A stretch of DNA of 64,000 nucleotides from Candidatus Bathyarchaeota archaeon (GTDB taxonomy: Archaea; Thermoproteota; Bathyarchaeia; Bathyarchaeales; Bathycorpusculaceae): the NCBI GenBank assembly GCA_963733095.1, contig CAVTBV010000013.1:192001-256000 (forward strand), written 5' to 3'. The stretch's first letter is position 1. The number at the start of each line of letters is the position of its first letter. Of the stretch, positions 28,626 through 39,267 are shown piece by piece. The notes under the pieces are model-generated. The model was not told where the DNA came from. It was given only the letters and a program-made list of their open reading frames with translations, and searched no databases. The translations under genes and the position numbers were made by a program.

Positions 28626-30197
28626 TTGAAGAGAATATGGACTGCTGTATTAGCAGTACTTCTGTTCAGTTCTTTAGCATTCACATTAACTCCACAAACA
28701 GGAAGTGGAGCAAACGAATATACAATTTTGTGGACCAACATCTATGGCAATCCAGTAAACCAAACCTGCTATGACCTATTACAAACTAGCGATGGAGGCT
28801 ACGTTTTGCAATCATCAAATAGCTCATTTCTGTATGGCCAACCCGTTTCCACACAACAAGCGTTAGCTCTCAAGACTGATTCTTCTGGAAATTTGCTTTG
28901 GACTAAGAGTCTCCCTGCGGGTAATTATCGAGGATTAGATGGTTTTGGCATAATTCAGACGTCAGATGATGGGTTAGTTTTTGGTTATAATTCTGGCGCA
29001 CCCCAAACGGTCATGTGTTCTATAATAAAAACAGGCGGTGATGGAAACCTGATTGGGCAAAACACAACTGCTTATTGTGCTGCTAATTTTCTTAGTCAAT
29101 CAATTGATGGCGGATTAATTTATGGAGGGTACTTTTGGATTTCTGGGTTGGTAACTTATCCTTGGCTAAACAAGACTGGTTCTTCGGGCAATCCAATATG
29201 GGAAAAAACATACACAAGCTACAATACATCAGCAGACGGTTCACGGCTTAACAGCATATCTCAATTTAACGACGGAGGATACGCTTTATTTGGACAAAGC
29301 GCTGGGCCGAATGGGTTACTAATTAAAATAGATTCCAACGGGAATGAACTCTGGTATAAAATATACACAATTTTCAAGAACTTCGGCTCATCCATTGCCA
29401 CTACTGATGGTGGTTTCTTAGTTTCCAACGAACCAGGTCTAACTGTTTCAAGCGGTCTACCGGGACTTGTTAAGCTTGATTCTTCTGGAAACATTCAATG
29501 GAACCAAACATATGGAATCAATATTTCTTCATTTGTTCAGACAGATGATGACGGCTATCTTGTTATAGGAGGTAACACCCTATTGAAGTTGGATTCTTCA
29601 GGAAACAGTCAGTGGTCTTACTCATTTACAGGCTCAAGCCTTTCAAGCATAATTAAAAGCAATGACGGAAATTATGCAATCGCAGGAAGCTACTCAAGTG
29701 GAGCAAATACTTACTCGTGGCTAACAAAGATTTCTTTGACGCCAACTCCTACACCCACACCCAGTCCAAGTCCTACGCCAACGCCTTCTCCATCTCCGTC
29801 ACCAAGCCCTACGCCTACATTTTCGCCCAGTCCTACTCCAACAATCTCTCCAACTCCAACGCCAACACCTTCTCCGTCACCAAGCCCTACGCCTGCATTT
29901 TCGCCCAGTCCTACTCCAACAATCTCTGCAACGCCTTCGCCTTCTCCAACACCCTCCGGTACTCCTACGACGACCGTAACATCAACACCTAGTCAAGAAC
30001 CAGCGACAACAATGTCGCCAACATCAACATTCATTCCAACCCCGGTGCCTCCCACCTCAACAACAGAAACAATCAATCCAACAGGCATACCCCAAGGCGT
30101 AACATATGGAATAATAGTCGTAGCATTCGTAGCATTAACCGCCTTAGCAGTGTTATTTCTGAGGTTGAGGAAAAAATCAGTAGCTACCGTCAATTAA
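28626..30197 (+). CDS. Secreted surface protein with beta-propeller-like repeats, P/T/S linker and C-terminal TM
   Basis: Repeated QT.DGG(Y) / K.DSSGN..W motifs; IPQ followed by TM and RLRKK. Confidence 0.85.
   Translation: MKRIWTAVLAVLLFSSLAFTLTPQTGSGANEYTILWTNIYGNPVNQTCYDLLQTSDGGYVLQSSNSSFLYGQPVSTQQALALKTDSSGNLLWTKSLPAGNYRGLDGFGIIQTSDDGLVFGYNSGAPQTVMCSIIKTGGDGNLIGQNTTAYCAANFLSQSIDGGLIYGGYFWISGLVTYPWLNKTGSSGNPIWEKTYTSYNTSADGSRLNSISQFNDGGYALFGQSAGPNGLLIKIDSNGNELWYKIYTIFKNFGSSIATTDGGFLVSNEPGLTVSSGLPGLVKLDSSGNIQWNQTYGINISSFVQTDDDGYLVIGGNTLLKLDSSGNSQWSYSFTGSSLSSIIKSNDGNYAIAGSYSSGANTYSWLTKISLTPTPTPTPSPSPTPTPSPSPSPSPTPTFSPSPTPTISPTPTPTPSPSPSPTPAFSPSPTPTISATPSPSPTPSGTPTTTVTSTPSQEPATTMSPTSTFIPTPVPPTSTTETINPTGIPQGVTYGIIVVAFVALTALAVLFLRLRKKSVATVN
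29793..29927 (+). repeat. 57-bp direct repeat (period 78 bp) in the linker
   Basis: 29793-29849 and 29871-29927 differ at one base. Confidence 0.85.
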
Positions 30198-30282
30198 GCT
30201 TATTTTTAATTCAGATTCAAACGTCGTAAACCATACTAACTTGAACGCTAAAGAATGATGACCTGACGCAACAACGTCTGAA

Positions 30283-30522
30283 GTGCATAGTATGTCCGCA
30301 GGTTATCGAGACGCTTTCCACGTCGTCGGAATTTCAACACTAATAGGCTCCGTACTGATGATGAGCTGGATATTCTACGACATATCAACACAAGGATACT
30401 TCATTATAGGCGAAAACAACCCTTTCATTAGATGCATAGAAAGCGGACTAGTTGGTTTCAGTGTTATCTACGTATTTTACTTGTTTGCAATGTTTGTGAA
30501 GAAGAAAAACGTAACCCTTTAG
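30283..30522 (+). CDS. Small two-TM membrane protein
   Basis: Two hydrophobic segments, basic C-terminus. Confidence 0.55.
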   Translation: MHSMSAGYRDAFHVVGISTLIGSVLMMSWIFYDISTQGYFIIGENNPFIRCIESGLVGFSVIYVFYLFAMFVKKKNVTL

Positions 30523-30654
30523 GAATTGTACTCGTTGCCTGAGGTGTTTTGTTTGAGAATTGTTTATCCGTTGTTCAGTTGTGGGTGTGGACACATGATT
30601 AATAATGCTTATTAAGACATAAGACACACGATGTTCTAACGAGGGGGATAAAAT

Positions 30655-31113
30655 ACGCAAAAAATAAAACTCTCCGTCACAGCATCAATACTAGCTTTAG
30701 TTCTAATAGCCACAGTTTTAACAGTCACAACTTTTGCAGCTATAACCACATCTCAAAACCTGTCATCCAATGGCAGAATCTCCACATCAGCAAACTTGGG
30801 GGTCTATTCCAACAGCGCCTGCACCACACCATTAACCACCATAAATTGGGGGAATTTAACCGCCGGAGCAACCATCAACCAAACAATATACATTAAAAAC
30901 ATCGGTAGCGGGCTCTCACTTGCTTTAAGCATGGGGACTACAAGCTGGACTCCAGCAAGCGCAAACGGGCCAATTACCTTAACATGGAATCAAGAAGGCA
31001 CAAGACTAAATCCGAACCAATCAGTAGCCGCAACCCTGACACTGACAGTTTCCTCAGGTATAAATGACGTTACAAACTTCAGTGTACAAATAAACATCGC
31101 CGGCACAAACTAA
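30655..31113 (+). CDS. Small secreted beta-sandwich-like protein
   Basis: Frame is open from ACG 30655, adding a signal peptide (QKIKLSVTASILALVLIA...) to the 30796 ORF; INWG.L, IYIKN.G. Confidence 0.7.
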   Translation, partial: TQKIKLSVTASILALVLIATVLTVTTFAAITTSQNLSSNGRISTSANLGVYSNSACTTPLTTINWGNLTAGATINQTIYIKNIGSGLSLALSMGTTSWTPASANGPITLTWNQEGTRLNPNQSVAATLTLTVSSGINDVTNFSVQINIAGTN

Positions 31114-31465
31114 ACAAAAATTCCTACCCTTTTTCATTTAACTTATCTAAATTTTCTTGTTTTGAATTCACGCCCCTTTTACGATTGCAGAAAAATTGTT
31201 AAGCATACTCTTCTGCAAGTTGTTTTTGACATTCAGCCCAAAGTATGCTTGATGCAAAAACAGAGCCACTAATTATAACAATTATAACTAGACGGAATGG
31301 TAATAGTTTTAAGCTGTTTGACGGACTTGGGCAGACATTTTGACCTAATTGGCATTTGTATTATTAACTAAGGCAAAGCTGGAGTTCCGGGAAAATTTGA
31401 ACAAAGAACAATAATGCCAAATACTTTAAGAGCTAAAAGAACCAATATTCTTTTGGGGAGTTATT

Positions 31466-31795
31466 GTGCAAATAAGCAAAGCCTTATTTGATTTACTCGA
31501 TGCCCTCAAAGAAAGCGTTATCGCTTTAGATTCAGAAATGAACATTACTTATGTCAATAATTCACAGGCTGCCATTTTAGACAGTAAGCCAGCTCAAATA
31601 ATTGGAAAGAACATTTACGAAATTGCTCCACAAATCGCCGAAAAAATTCTTAATCAGAAAATTCTTAAAACAATCACCAGACAAGAAATTACAAGCGTCG
31701 AATGGTAAAGTGGTTACAATACTGACTTATGGCGAACAACCATTTTCCCTACAGATGATGGCATAGCAATGATAAGCCGTACGGTTAGAAGTTAG
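31466..31795 (+). pseudogene. Stand-alone PAS-domain protein with in-frame TAA
   Basis: ALD....ITYVN, IIGKNIYE; after the TAA at 31706-31708 the same frame continues with WRTTIFPTDDGIAMISR. Confidence 0.7.
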
Positions 31796-32100
31796 AGAAT
31801 AAAAATAAGTGAAATGCATCAACCAACTCAAATGCCAAAGAGTACTCTCTAAAAGTTTATAACTAGAAGCAACGATACAACATAGGACTCAAAATGAGTG
31901 AAGAAACAACTGGTAAAAAAATACTTTGCCCTAAGGCTGGGACGGCGACATCATCCCATAAGGAATCAACATAGTCCCACTGCTTAGGTTTTGTTCCTTA
32001 GTAACTGAGCACCCGACGTTAATGTTGCACTACTCGCGCCCATACTATGTTTTTACACTACAAGTCTGTAGAGGAGGAAAGCTATGTTTGAAGCTGTCAA

Positions 32101-32319
32101 TCACGGCTTAAAAATAATGCAAAAACCTTTTTCGTTATTTTCTTCCATTGCCAAGTTGCGGTTTTGAAGAAATGTGGCTAATAAGGAACGTTCGCAATAT
32201 CCTTTAAATTTTAGCTCGAAGCTGTCAGGCTTCCTTTTCTCAAGTGATAGCCAATTTGTTTGAATCAAATTATTACCAACCAACTCCCTCACAAGAGCCA
32301 CCGCTTGTTCCCTTCTCAT
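32101..32319 (-). CDS. Small hypothetical protein, paralog of 28063-28275
   Basis: MRREQAVALVREL.GNNLI...KP; ATG at 32319. Confidence 0.7.
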   Translation of the reverse strand: MRREQAVALVRELVGNNLIQTNWLSLEKRKPDSFELKFKGYCERSLLATFLQNRNLAMEENNEKGFCIIFKP

Positions 32320-32454
32320 GTTTTCCCTTCCCAAATCCTTGAAAATCGAACAAATCTAATAACCCTTTAGTGCTTCCAAACAGTTTAGAGCTTGAAACCC
32401 AGTTGAGCTGTTTTAATCACAAAGACTACAATATTTTTCATCGAGTGGGCAGTG

Positions 32455-32684
32455 CTATATTTGCTCGCTTACGTTTTGCTCTTTCAATTGCGGTATTTTC
32501 CGCTTGTTCAAGTTATAGTAATTTGTCATCCTAAAGTTTCATACAATTGGTCTGTTTCTTCCAAGGTTGGAACCCAATTTGCTTCCCCTGTCTCTGCGTC
32601 AATCCTAAAATTAGTTGTTGGCTGAAACCTAACCAATAGTTTTAAACGCCTATCAGGGAAACGCTTAAGTTCAAACCTTGTCAT
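32455..32684 (-). pseudogene. Small hypothetical gene, possibly frameshifted
   Basis: MTRFELKRFPDRRLKLLVRFQP...WVPTLEE (32684-32526) plus an overlapping shifted tail to 32455. Confidence 0.35.
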
Positions 32685-32840
32685 TTAAGTCACTAATACG
32701 TTTTTGTAGCGAGGCGTCTTAAATTTTTATTTCTTCTTGATCAACAATAGTAGCCATTCCCATCTTAGGATAACTAGCATAAAAAAAAGCTAAGTTACCT
32801 GACCTGAAAAGCCTTTAATGACTGCCCAAATAGGACTAAA

Positions 32841-33230
32841 TTAAAGGTCTTTGAGAGTTTCGTTAATTCGTTCAAGTTCTTCTTTTCTTTTTCTTTCCAA
32901 CTCAAGAAGGGTTTTTTCTTCAAGCAACTCCTCGGCTTTCTTTCTGTTATAACCATCATTTGCTTGCTGTATGTATTTGTCCATCCACTCAACATTAGCC
33001 TTAATATCAGACTCAAATGATACAAAAATAATGGTGCCGTTTTCTACAAATACGCTGCTGGGATGTACTCCACTAGCCGCATTAGATAATGGGTGCCTAA
33101 AATAGTCTTGAACCCAAATATAGTCAGGATAGCCATTAAGAGAAATTTCAACAGTGAGGAACCCGTTTACATCTTTGGCTTTGACTCTAGGTGGTCCAAC
33201 CCGTTTAAACTCCGCTTTTTCATTGCTCAT
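32841..33230 (-). CDS. Hypothetical protein with C-terminal coiled coil
   Basis: ~129-aa ORF, charged helical C-terminus. Confidence 0.7.
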   Translation of the reverse strand: MSNEKAEFKRVGPPRVKAKDVNGFLTVEISLNGYPDYIWVQDYFRHPLSNAASGVHPSSVFVENGTIIFVSFESDIKANVEWMDKYIQQANDGYNRKKAEELLEEKTLLELERKRKEELERINETLKDL

Positions 33231-33647
33231 TCGAAATCCCATTTTATAATTTGTGCCAATTGCTTATTACTGGATACTGTTATTAACAGTTACAAAAAGA
33301 CTTTCTGTGCTGGGTAACTTTAAAGTATCTACTAAATCAAGGGTTTAACAGTCTAAAACACAGAAGTGTTTTTGGGGGTTAACTGATTCGGGCTCAGCAA
33401 GGCTCGCGTGTCTTGAAAGTAAACTGAGGGCTTTTCTGGTAAACCTTATTGTGTTTTCGCTTGCCACAGTCAAAGCTAAGTAGCCAAGCTTCAATACTGT
33501 CAGTCATCTTACTCAAACATCACACCTCATAGCGTTAAAAACTTTTGATGAGGGTTTTTGATTGTTTTTTTAATACTCGCATCGGTGGGGCATGCTAAAG
33601 ATAAATAGTTGTTATGCAATTTCGTTACATTATTGGAGAAATAAAAG

Positions 33648-34076
33648 TTGTCTGTAGCGCAAAGAAAGTACTTTACTGATGTGGCAGCGTTGGCAGATAA
33701 AACTGTCGCTGTCGTTACCACTAACGGAAAAACCTTCAACGGCACACTCATCGGCATAAACCCTGACAACCTAAGCCTAAGCTTAACCGACGTAAAAGAC
33801 GAATCTGGAAAACTCCTCAACCGCCTAGTCCTCAACGGATCCATCGTTATGTCAATATCAAGCGCAGAAAAACCCTTCGACCTCAAAGCACTCGCAAACC
33901 GACTTGAAAAAGTGTTCCCAACCATGGTTAAACTCTACGATGATAAGGGTTTCATCTGGGTTATGGATAAAGTGAAACTAACTGAGAAAGGTGTCGTGGA
34001 AGGTTCAGGTCCAGCCGCCGACCGCGTCCAGAAAGTTTACGATGCCTTCATGAGCGAAGCCAAAGCCTCAGCTTAG
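33648..34076 (+). CDS. Lsm family RNA-binding protein with C-terminal extension (SmAP3-like)
   Basis: Sm1 V.V.T.NGK.F.G.L, Sm2 VLNGS.V, extra C-terminal domain. Confidence 0.85.
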   Translation: MSVAQRKYFTDVAALADKTVAVVTTNGKTFNGTLIGINPDNLSLSLTDVKDESGKLLNRLVLNGSIVMSISSAEKPFDLKALANRLEKVFPTMVKLYDDKGFIWVMDKVKLTEKGVVEGSGPAADRVQKVYDAFMSEAKASA

Positions 34077-34822
34077 ATAAACCAGCGTAGTTGCTGCTCC
34101 TCTTTCTTCTTTTCTTCTGTTATACTTCGAATAACTCCAAAGGACTCTAGCATCTTTTTGATTTCGTCACCTGTAGCTTCCAGTCCCGACAAGTCAACTT
34201 CTAAGTAGAGGTATTTGCCCAGTGTAAGCAGTGCGTAGCGTGCTGCATTCACGTCAGGGTTCATACCCGGCGTATCCACCAGAAGTGAGAAACCCTTCAT
34301 ATCCCGAATCCGCGCCATACCTATCGACAAGCCAGCAATTCCAAAGACATGCCCAACCATAACTTTAGTGCCTAAATCCAGCGCCTGCTGCATCGTCTCC
34401 AAATCCGTCGCGGTACTGTAAATGCCCGGCACAGGTTGCGCCTCGTCTTTTTTGAAGCCTCCGATGGAAATAACGAATCGACAGCCAAACTCTTGGGCAA
34501 TATCCAGCACTTTGCCAACTAACTCATACTGCCCAACCGTAGTTAACGCCTGAGTATTCCCATACCAAATGATAAGGTCCCGTTCACCATCCCGTTTGGC
34601 ATAGTAGAGTTCATTTATTGGGGTTCGGGCTCCTCCATCATCCGTGGTTATGGCAAAATCTTGGAAAGATGACGAAAAGATCTGGACAAACCGCGTTGCC
34701 TTGAGTTCTTTAATCAGATGCAGGGCGGCAATGTTGGCTACGTAGCCAATGCCTGGTAAACCTTCGATTAGGATGGGGTCGTTTAAGACTGGTCTTTCGC
34801 TTATGTCGATTGAGCAAACCAT
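34073..34822 (-). CDS. PAC2 family proteasome assembly chaperone
   Basis: IEGLPGIGYVANIA, SIGGF, GIAGL. Confidence 0.88.
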   Translation of the reverse strand: MVCSIDISERPVLNDPILIEGLPGIGYVANIAALHLIKELKATRFVQIFSSSFQDFAITTDDGGARTPINELYYAKRDGERDLIIWYGNTQALTTVGQYELVGKVLDIAQEFGCRFVISIGGFKKDEAQPVPGIYSTATDLETMQQALDLGTKVMVGHVFGIAGLSIGMARIRDMKGFSLLVDTPGMNPDVNAARYALLTLGKYLYLEVDLSGLEATGDEIKKMLESFGVIRSITEEKKKEEQQLRWFI

Positions 34823-34925
34823 GACAGTGCCTTCTTGGGTATTTAGAGATACATTGTGATATAAGGATGCCTAAGGAAGGCGATGTTTTTTATAATCGAG
34901 CAGTGTTTCATGTTTAGGTTTCACC

Positions 34926-36558
34926 TTGAGCTTTGAAATTAAAGAAAAAGATTTGCTGGGCAGAATCGGCAAACTAAAAACCAAAAGCGGCACAGTGGAA
35001 ACCCCGCTCCTGTTCCCCGTCATAAACCCCAGCATCCAACCCATCCCACCCCAAAAACTCAAGGACACCTTCGGCTTCCAAGCCGTCATCACAAACTCAT
35101 ACATAATCAAAAAACGGTTTGACAACAAACCCATAGAGTTGGGATTGCACAAATTCCTCAACTATGACGGCGCAGTAATGACCGATTCGGGTGCTTACCA
35201 AATTCTTGTTTACGGCGACATCGATGTTACCCAAAAAGAAATCGTCGCCTACCAAGAGGGTATCGGCAGCGACATCGCTACCATCCTCGACATCCCCACA
35301 GGCTGGAAAGTCACCAAAGAGCAAGCAGAAGTCACTGTGGCAGAAACCCTACGCCGCGCCAAAGCGTTCTTTAAAGAAAAAACCCGCGACGACATCCTCT
35401 GGGTTGGTCCCGTGCAGGGCGGAAAACACCTTGATCTCGTCGCCAACTCAGCCATAGAAATGGGAAAACTCCCCTTCCAAATACACGCGCTGGGCAGCCC
35501 AACCGAAGTTATGGAAAGCTACCGCTACGATGTCCTCGCAGACATGATATTAACTTGCAAGAAAGGCATTCCAATGGAACGTCCGTTGCACCTATTTGGC
35601 GCTGGACACCCCTCAATGTTCTCGTTGGCAGTCGCTTTGGGCTGTGACCTATTCGACTCCGCAGCTTATGCCCTTTACGCTCGGGAAAACCGTTACATGA
35701 CCGAAAACGGCACCTGGCGCCTAAACGAACTTGACTATTTCCCATGCAGCTGCCCCAGATGCAGCGCAGAAACGCCCCGGGGCTTAGAGAAAAAATCGCC
35801 CAAAGAACGCGAAATCTTCCTCGCTGAACATAACCTCTACGTTTGCCTCGCCGAACTAAAACGCATAAAACAAGCCATACGCGACGGCCGACTCTGGGAA
35901 CACACCGAAATGCGCGTCCACGCCCACCCAGCCCTGCTCTCAGCCCTTAAACACATCCGCAACCACGCAGAATTCCTCGAAAAATTCAGCCCAACAGCAA
36001 AAACCAGCGGCTTCTTCTACTTCGACTCTGTGGGGCTTGCACGACCAGAAATCACCCACTACCGCAAACGCCTAACCGAACGGTTCACGTACCACCCGCT
36101 GGATGCGAAGGTGCTTTTACTTGTGCCACAAACCCGAAACAAACCTTTCCATAAAGCGCCCGAATTCAAGAAAATCCGCCAATTGTTCAGAAGCTTAGGC
36201 AAGGAACTTGGCTGTCAAGTTCATATTTGTGTTTATTCGGCTCCGTTCGGGGTGGTTCCCTTGGAGCTCGATGAGGTTTACCCGCTTGTCTCAGCATGAA
36301 ACTGTACACCCATTTGATAGTGAAACAATAGACTATGTTGCAAACCAAACTGCAGAATACATAAAACGCTCAACTTACAAGAGCGTCGTCTTATTAAATG
36401 ACCCTAAAAACTGGAAGGACATTATCAAAAAAATCTGCTCAAAAACCTGCAAGACTGCGGATTTAGCGTTTAATTCTGTAGATGCCGATGTGCAGGGAAG
36501 CAGAGAAATTTTCAGCCGCTTAGAGACTATTTTAAAGGAGCAGTTAAGAAAAGTCTGA
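34926..36558 (+). CDS. tgtA: Archaeosine tRNA-guanine(15) transglycosylase (+1 frameshift at ~36285)
   Basis: TDSGAYQ, HLFGAGHP, GCDLFDSA, CSCPRC; YPL|SQHE continues in the +1 frame. Confidence 0.92.
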
Positions 36559-36774
36559 TGCCAGTTTGCGAGTTTCCAACATTGGTAATTACTCTAAAGT
36601 ATTTTTCTTGATTTCAGTTGCCTTCCTACTCAAAGTCAGGCATCTGAAAACCTCTAAATAGACTTTTTCAAAAGTAAAGTTACTCCTTAAAAAATGGTCT
36701 TGGCAAACTTTTTTTTACTTCAGCCACCGAAGTATATTTAGTAAACTCGCGTTAGTATTCATGGAGATGTAACT

Positions 36775-37387
36775 ATAGAACCCCTTTACGCCGACTTCCA
36801 TATTCACACGATTTATTCAGCGGATTCCGTCATTCAACCTAAACTGCTCGTTAATATGCTTGCTGAGCACAGTTTTATTAAGGTTGCAGCAGTCACCGAC
36901 CATGACAGCGTACGCGGTTGCAGGGTAACAGTTGAGTTGGCTTCGGCTTATCCAGACATCCTCATAATTCCAGGAGTGGAAATCAGCACTTCGCAAGGTG
37001 ATGTGGTGGTTTTGGGCACCTTCGAGTTGCCGCCTAAGCCTTGGACGCCTGAAATTGTAGTTGACTTCGCCAAATCCGTCGGCGGCGTTTCCATCGTTGC
37101 CCATCCATTTCAGGACATATGGAATGGGTGAACGTGCCAGAAACTACAAAGTCGACGCCATCGAAGTCCTAAACGGTGGCTCAAGTCATGAAGCAAATAA
37201 CGAGGCGAAAGAGTTCGCTAAAAGCGTGGGCTTGCCAGGGACTGCAGGCAGCGACGCACATCAGGTTTCAGAATTATTCAGCGTCTACAACAAAGTCGAA
37301 GCCTCACTCGACATAGATGCAGTTTTGCGAGCTATTAAGAGGGGTTTCGTGTCCGCGCAAATGAATCGAGGGTCAATACGTTTTTAA
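36775..37387 (+). CDS. PHP-domain phosphoesterase (+1 frameshift at ~37109)
   Basis: DFHIHT.YS.D, TDHD, PGVEIST, AHPF, GSDAH; the N-terminal HxH requires a start at or near ATA 36775. Confidence 0.85.
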
Positions 37388-37440
37388 AACAGCATAGGTT
37401 CCTTTTTAGTCGTTAACATTAACAATGGGATTGATTCTGA

Positions 37441-38700
37441 TTGGTGCAAGTTGGATTTTTAGGTGGAGCGCGAGAAGTCGGCAGAATTGGAGTATCAGTT
37501 AAGACAGAGAAGACGCAGGTTGTTTGCGATTACGGGGTTATGCTTGATAATGAGCCTGGATTCCCTATGCATGTTCCTCCAAAAGACGTTAACGCCGTCA
37601 TTTTAACCCATAGTCACCTTGACCATTCCGGCGCTGTCCCCATTTTCTACATCAACGACAAAAAACCCCTCTACACCAACAAACTCAGCCTTGAATTAAC
37701 TCAGCTTCTTGTGCAAGACTTCATACACCTATCCAGCTATTACCTGCCCTTTGAGTACCTTGAATTAAAAACCATGATGAACAACAACAGGCACCTAGAC
37801 TTTGGCGTTGAAGAAACCATCGGTGACATGAAAATAAAACTTTTCAACGCAGGCCATACTCCAGGAAGCTCACAGGTGCTAATGGAAGCAGAAGGCAAAC
37901 GCATACTCTACACAGGCGACTTCAACTTGGAGGATAGCAAACTCTTGGCAGGCGCCCCAATGAATTACGGCGATTTGGATGCAGTCGTCATTGAAAGCAC
38001 ATATGCAGATGCTGACCATACAGAACGTTTAGAGCTTGAGAGGCAGTTTGTGGAGGCTTGCACGATTGCGGTTGAAGCAGGAGGAACCGTGCTTGTTCCT
38101 GCATTTGGTGTGGGGCGTTCACAGGAGATAGCTTGTGTCCTAGCAGCCCACCATTTTGAGTACCCTGTAACTTTGGATGGTATGGCTCGTGAAGCAAGCC
38201 GAGTTATAATGAATTACAAAGAATTCCTAAAAGACCCCAAACTATTCATGAATGCCATGCACTCCGCCGATTGGGTGGAAGGTTGGCGCGACAGGCGAAA
38301 CGCTCTCAAATCACCCGGTGTGATAATTTCCACGGCAGGAATGCTGAAAGGCGGACCAGCAGCATTCTACATTTCTAAGCTGGGCAAAAAAGCAATCAAT
38401 GCCGTTTTCCTAGTCAGCTACCAAATTCCAGGCACACCAGGACGTGAACTAATGGAGAAAGGTGTCTGCACCATCGATGGCCAAGTACGCAAGATTAAAG
38501 CCCAATATCGACACTTCGATTTCTCTTCACACTGTGGCGCAAGCAAACTCAAAGAAGCCCTGACTCGACTAGGCGGCAAACCCAAAGTCTTCGTCGTTCA
38601 CGGCGCCGAAGGCAACTGTGAACTCTTCGCAAACTGGGCAAAAACCGAGTTAGGTTTGGATGCTGTGGCTCCGCGAACAGGAGAAACTTACCAAATATAG
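37441..38700 (+). CDS. Beta-CASP metallo-beta-lactamase ribonuclease
   Basis: GGAREVGR, THSHLDHSG, AGHTPG, YTGD, ESTY, FSSH, VHG. Confidence 0.9.
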   Translation: MVQVGFLGGAREVGRIGVSVKTEKTQVVCDYGVMLDNEPGFPMHVPPKDVNAVILTHSHLDHSGAVPIFYINDKKPLYTNKLSLELTQLLVQDFIHLSSYYLPFEYLELKTMMNNNRHLDFGVEETIGDMKIKLFNAGHTPGSSQVLMEAEGKRILYTGDFNLEDSKLLAGAPMNYGDLDAVVIESTYADADHTERLELERQFVEACTIAVEAGGTVLVPAFGVGRSQEIACVLAAHHFEYPVTLDGMAREASRVIMNYKEFLKDPKLFMNAMHSADWVEGWRDRRNALKSPGVIISTAGMLKGGPAAFYISKLGKKAINAVFLVSYQIPGTPGRELMEKGVCTIDGQVRKIKAQYRHFDFSSHCGASKLKEALTRLGGKPKVFVVHGAEGNCELFANWAKTELGLDAVAPRTGETYQI

Positions 38701-38710
38701 GCAGTAGAGT

Positions 38711-39262
38711 ATGAAGATTGGGATTTTACCGGTTGGGCAAGTTGCCCCCGAGGTTTTGGTTGGGGTACAGGATGGATTAGCGAAGACTTTTCCCGACACA
38801 TCTGCCTCCGTAATAAAAGAAGCCTTGCCCCTACCTGAACATGCCTTTGACAAGAAACGTAACCAATACAACTCCAACATCATGCTAAATGAAATCAGAG
38901 CCTATGCCGCTAAACCAACTGATTTTCACCGCGTACTGGGTGTAGTTGACGTTGACATTTTCACGTCTGGCCTAAACTACGTTTTTGGCGAAGCCTACAC
39001 CCCGGGAAACGCAGCACTTGTTTCGCTTTGGCGCCTCAAACCCGAATTCTACAAAGACAAACCCGACCTCGCACTCTACATTCTGCGGGCACTCAAAGAA
39101 GCCGTTCATGAAGTAGGGCACACCCTGGGAGTTAGGCATTGTCCACGGTCGCTGTGCGTTATGCATTTCTCCAACTCGATTTTTGACACAGATCGGAAGC
39201 AAAACTTATTGTGCGACGAATGCTATTTGCAAGCAGCAATAGCTATAGCCAATTTAGGGTAA
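38711..39262 (+). CDS. Archaemetzincin zinc metalloprotease
   Basis: HEVGHTLGVRHC...CVM.FSN...LCDEC. Confidence 0.93.
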   Translation: MKIGILPVGQVAPEVLVGVQDGLAKTFPDTSASVIKEALPLPEHAFDKKRNQYNSNIMLNEIRAYAAKPTDFHRVLGVVDVDIFTSGLNYVFGEAYTPGNAALVSLWRLKPEFYKDKPDLALYILRALKEAVHEVGHTLGVRHCPRSLCVMHFSNSIFDTDRKQNLLCDECYLQAAIAIANLG

Positions 39263-39267
39263 CAGAC

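Noticed and set aside
22409-33647. Provirus or integrated element
   Set aside because: No integrase, transposase, replication or capsid gene, and no tRNA or att duplication seen
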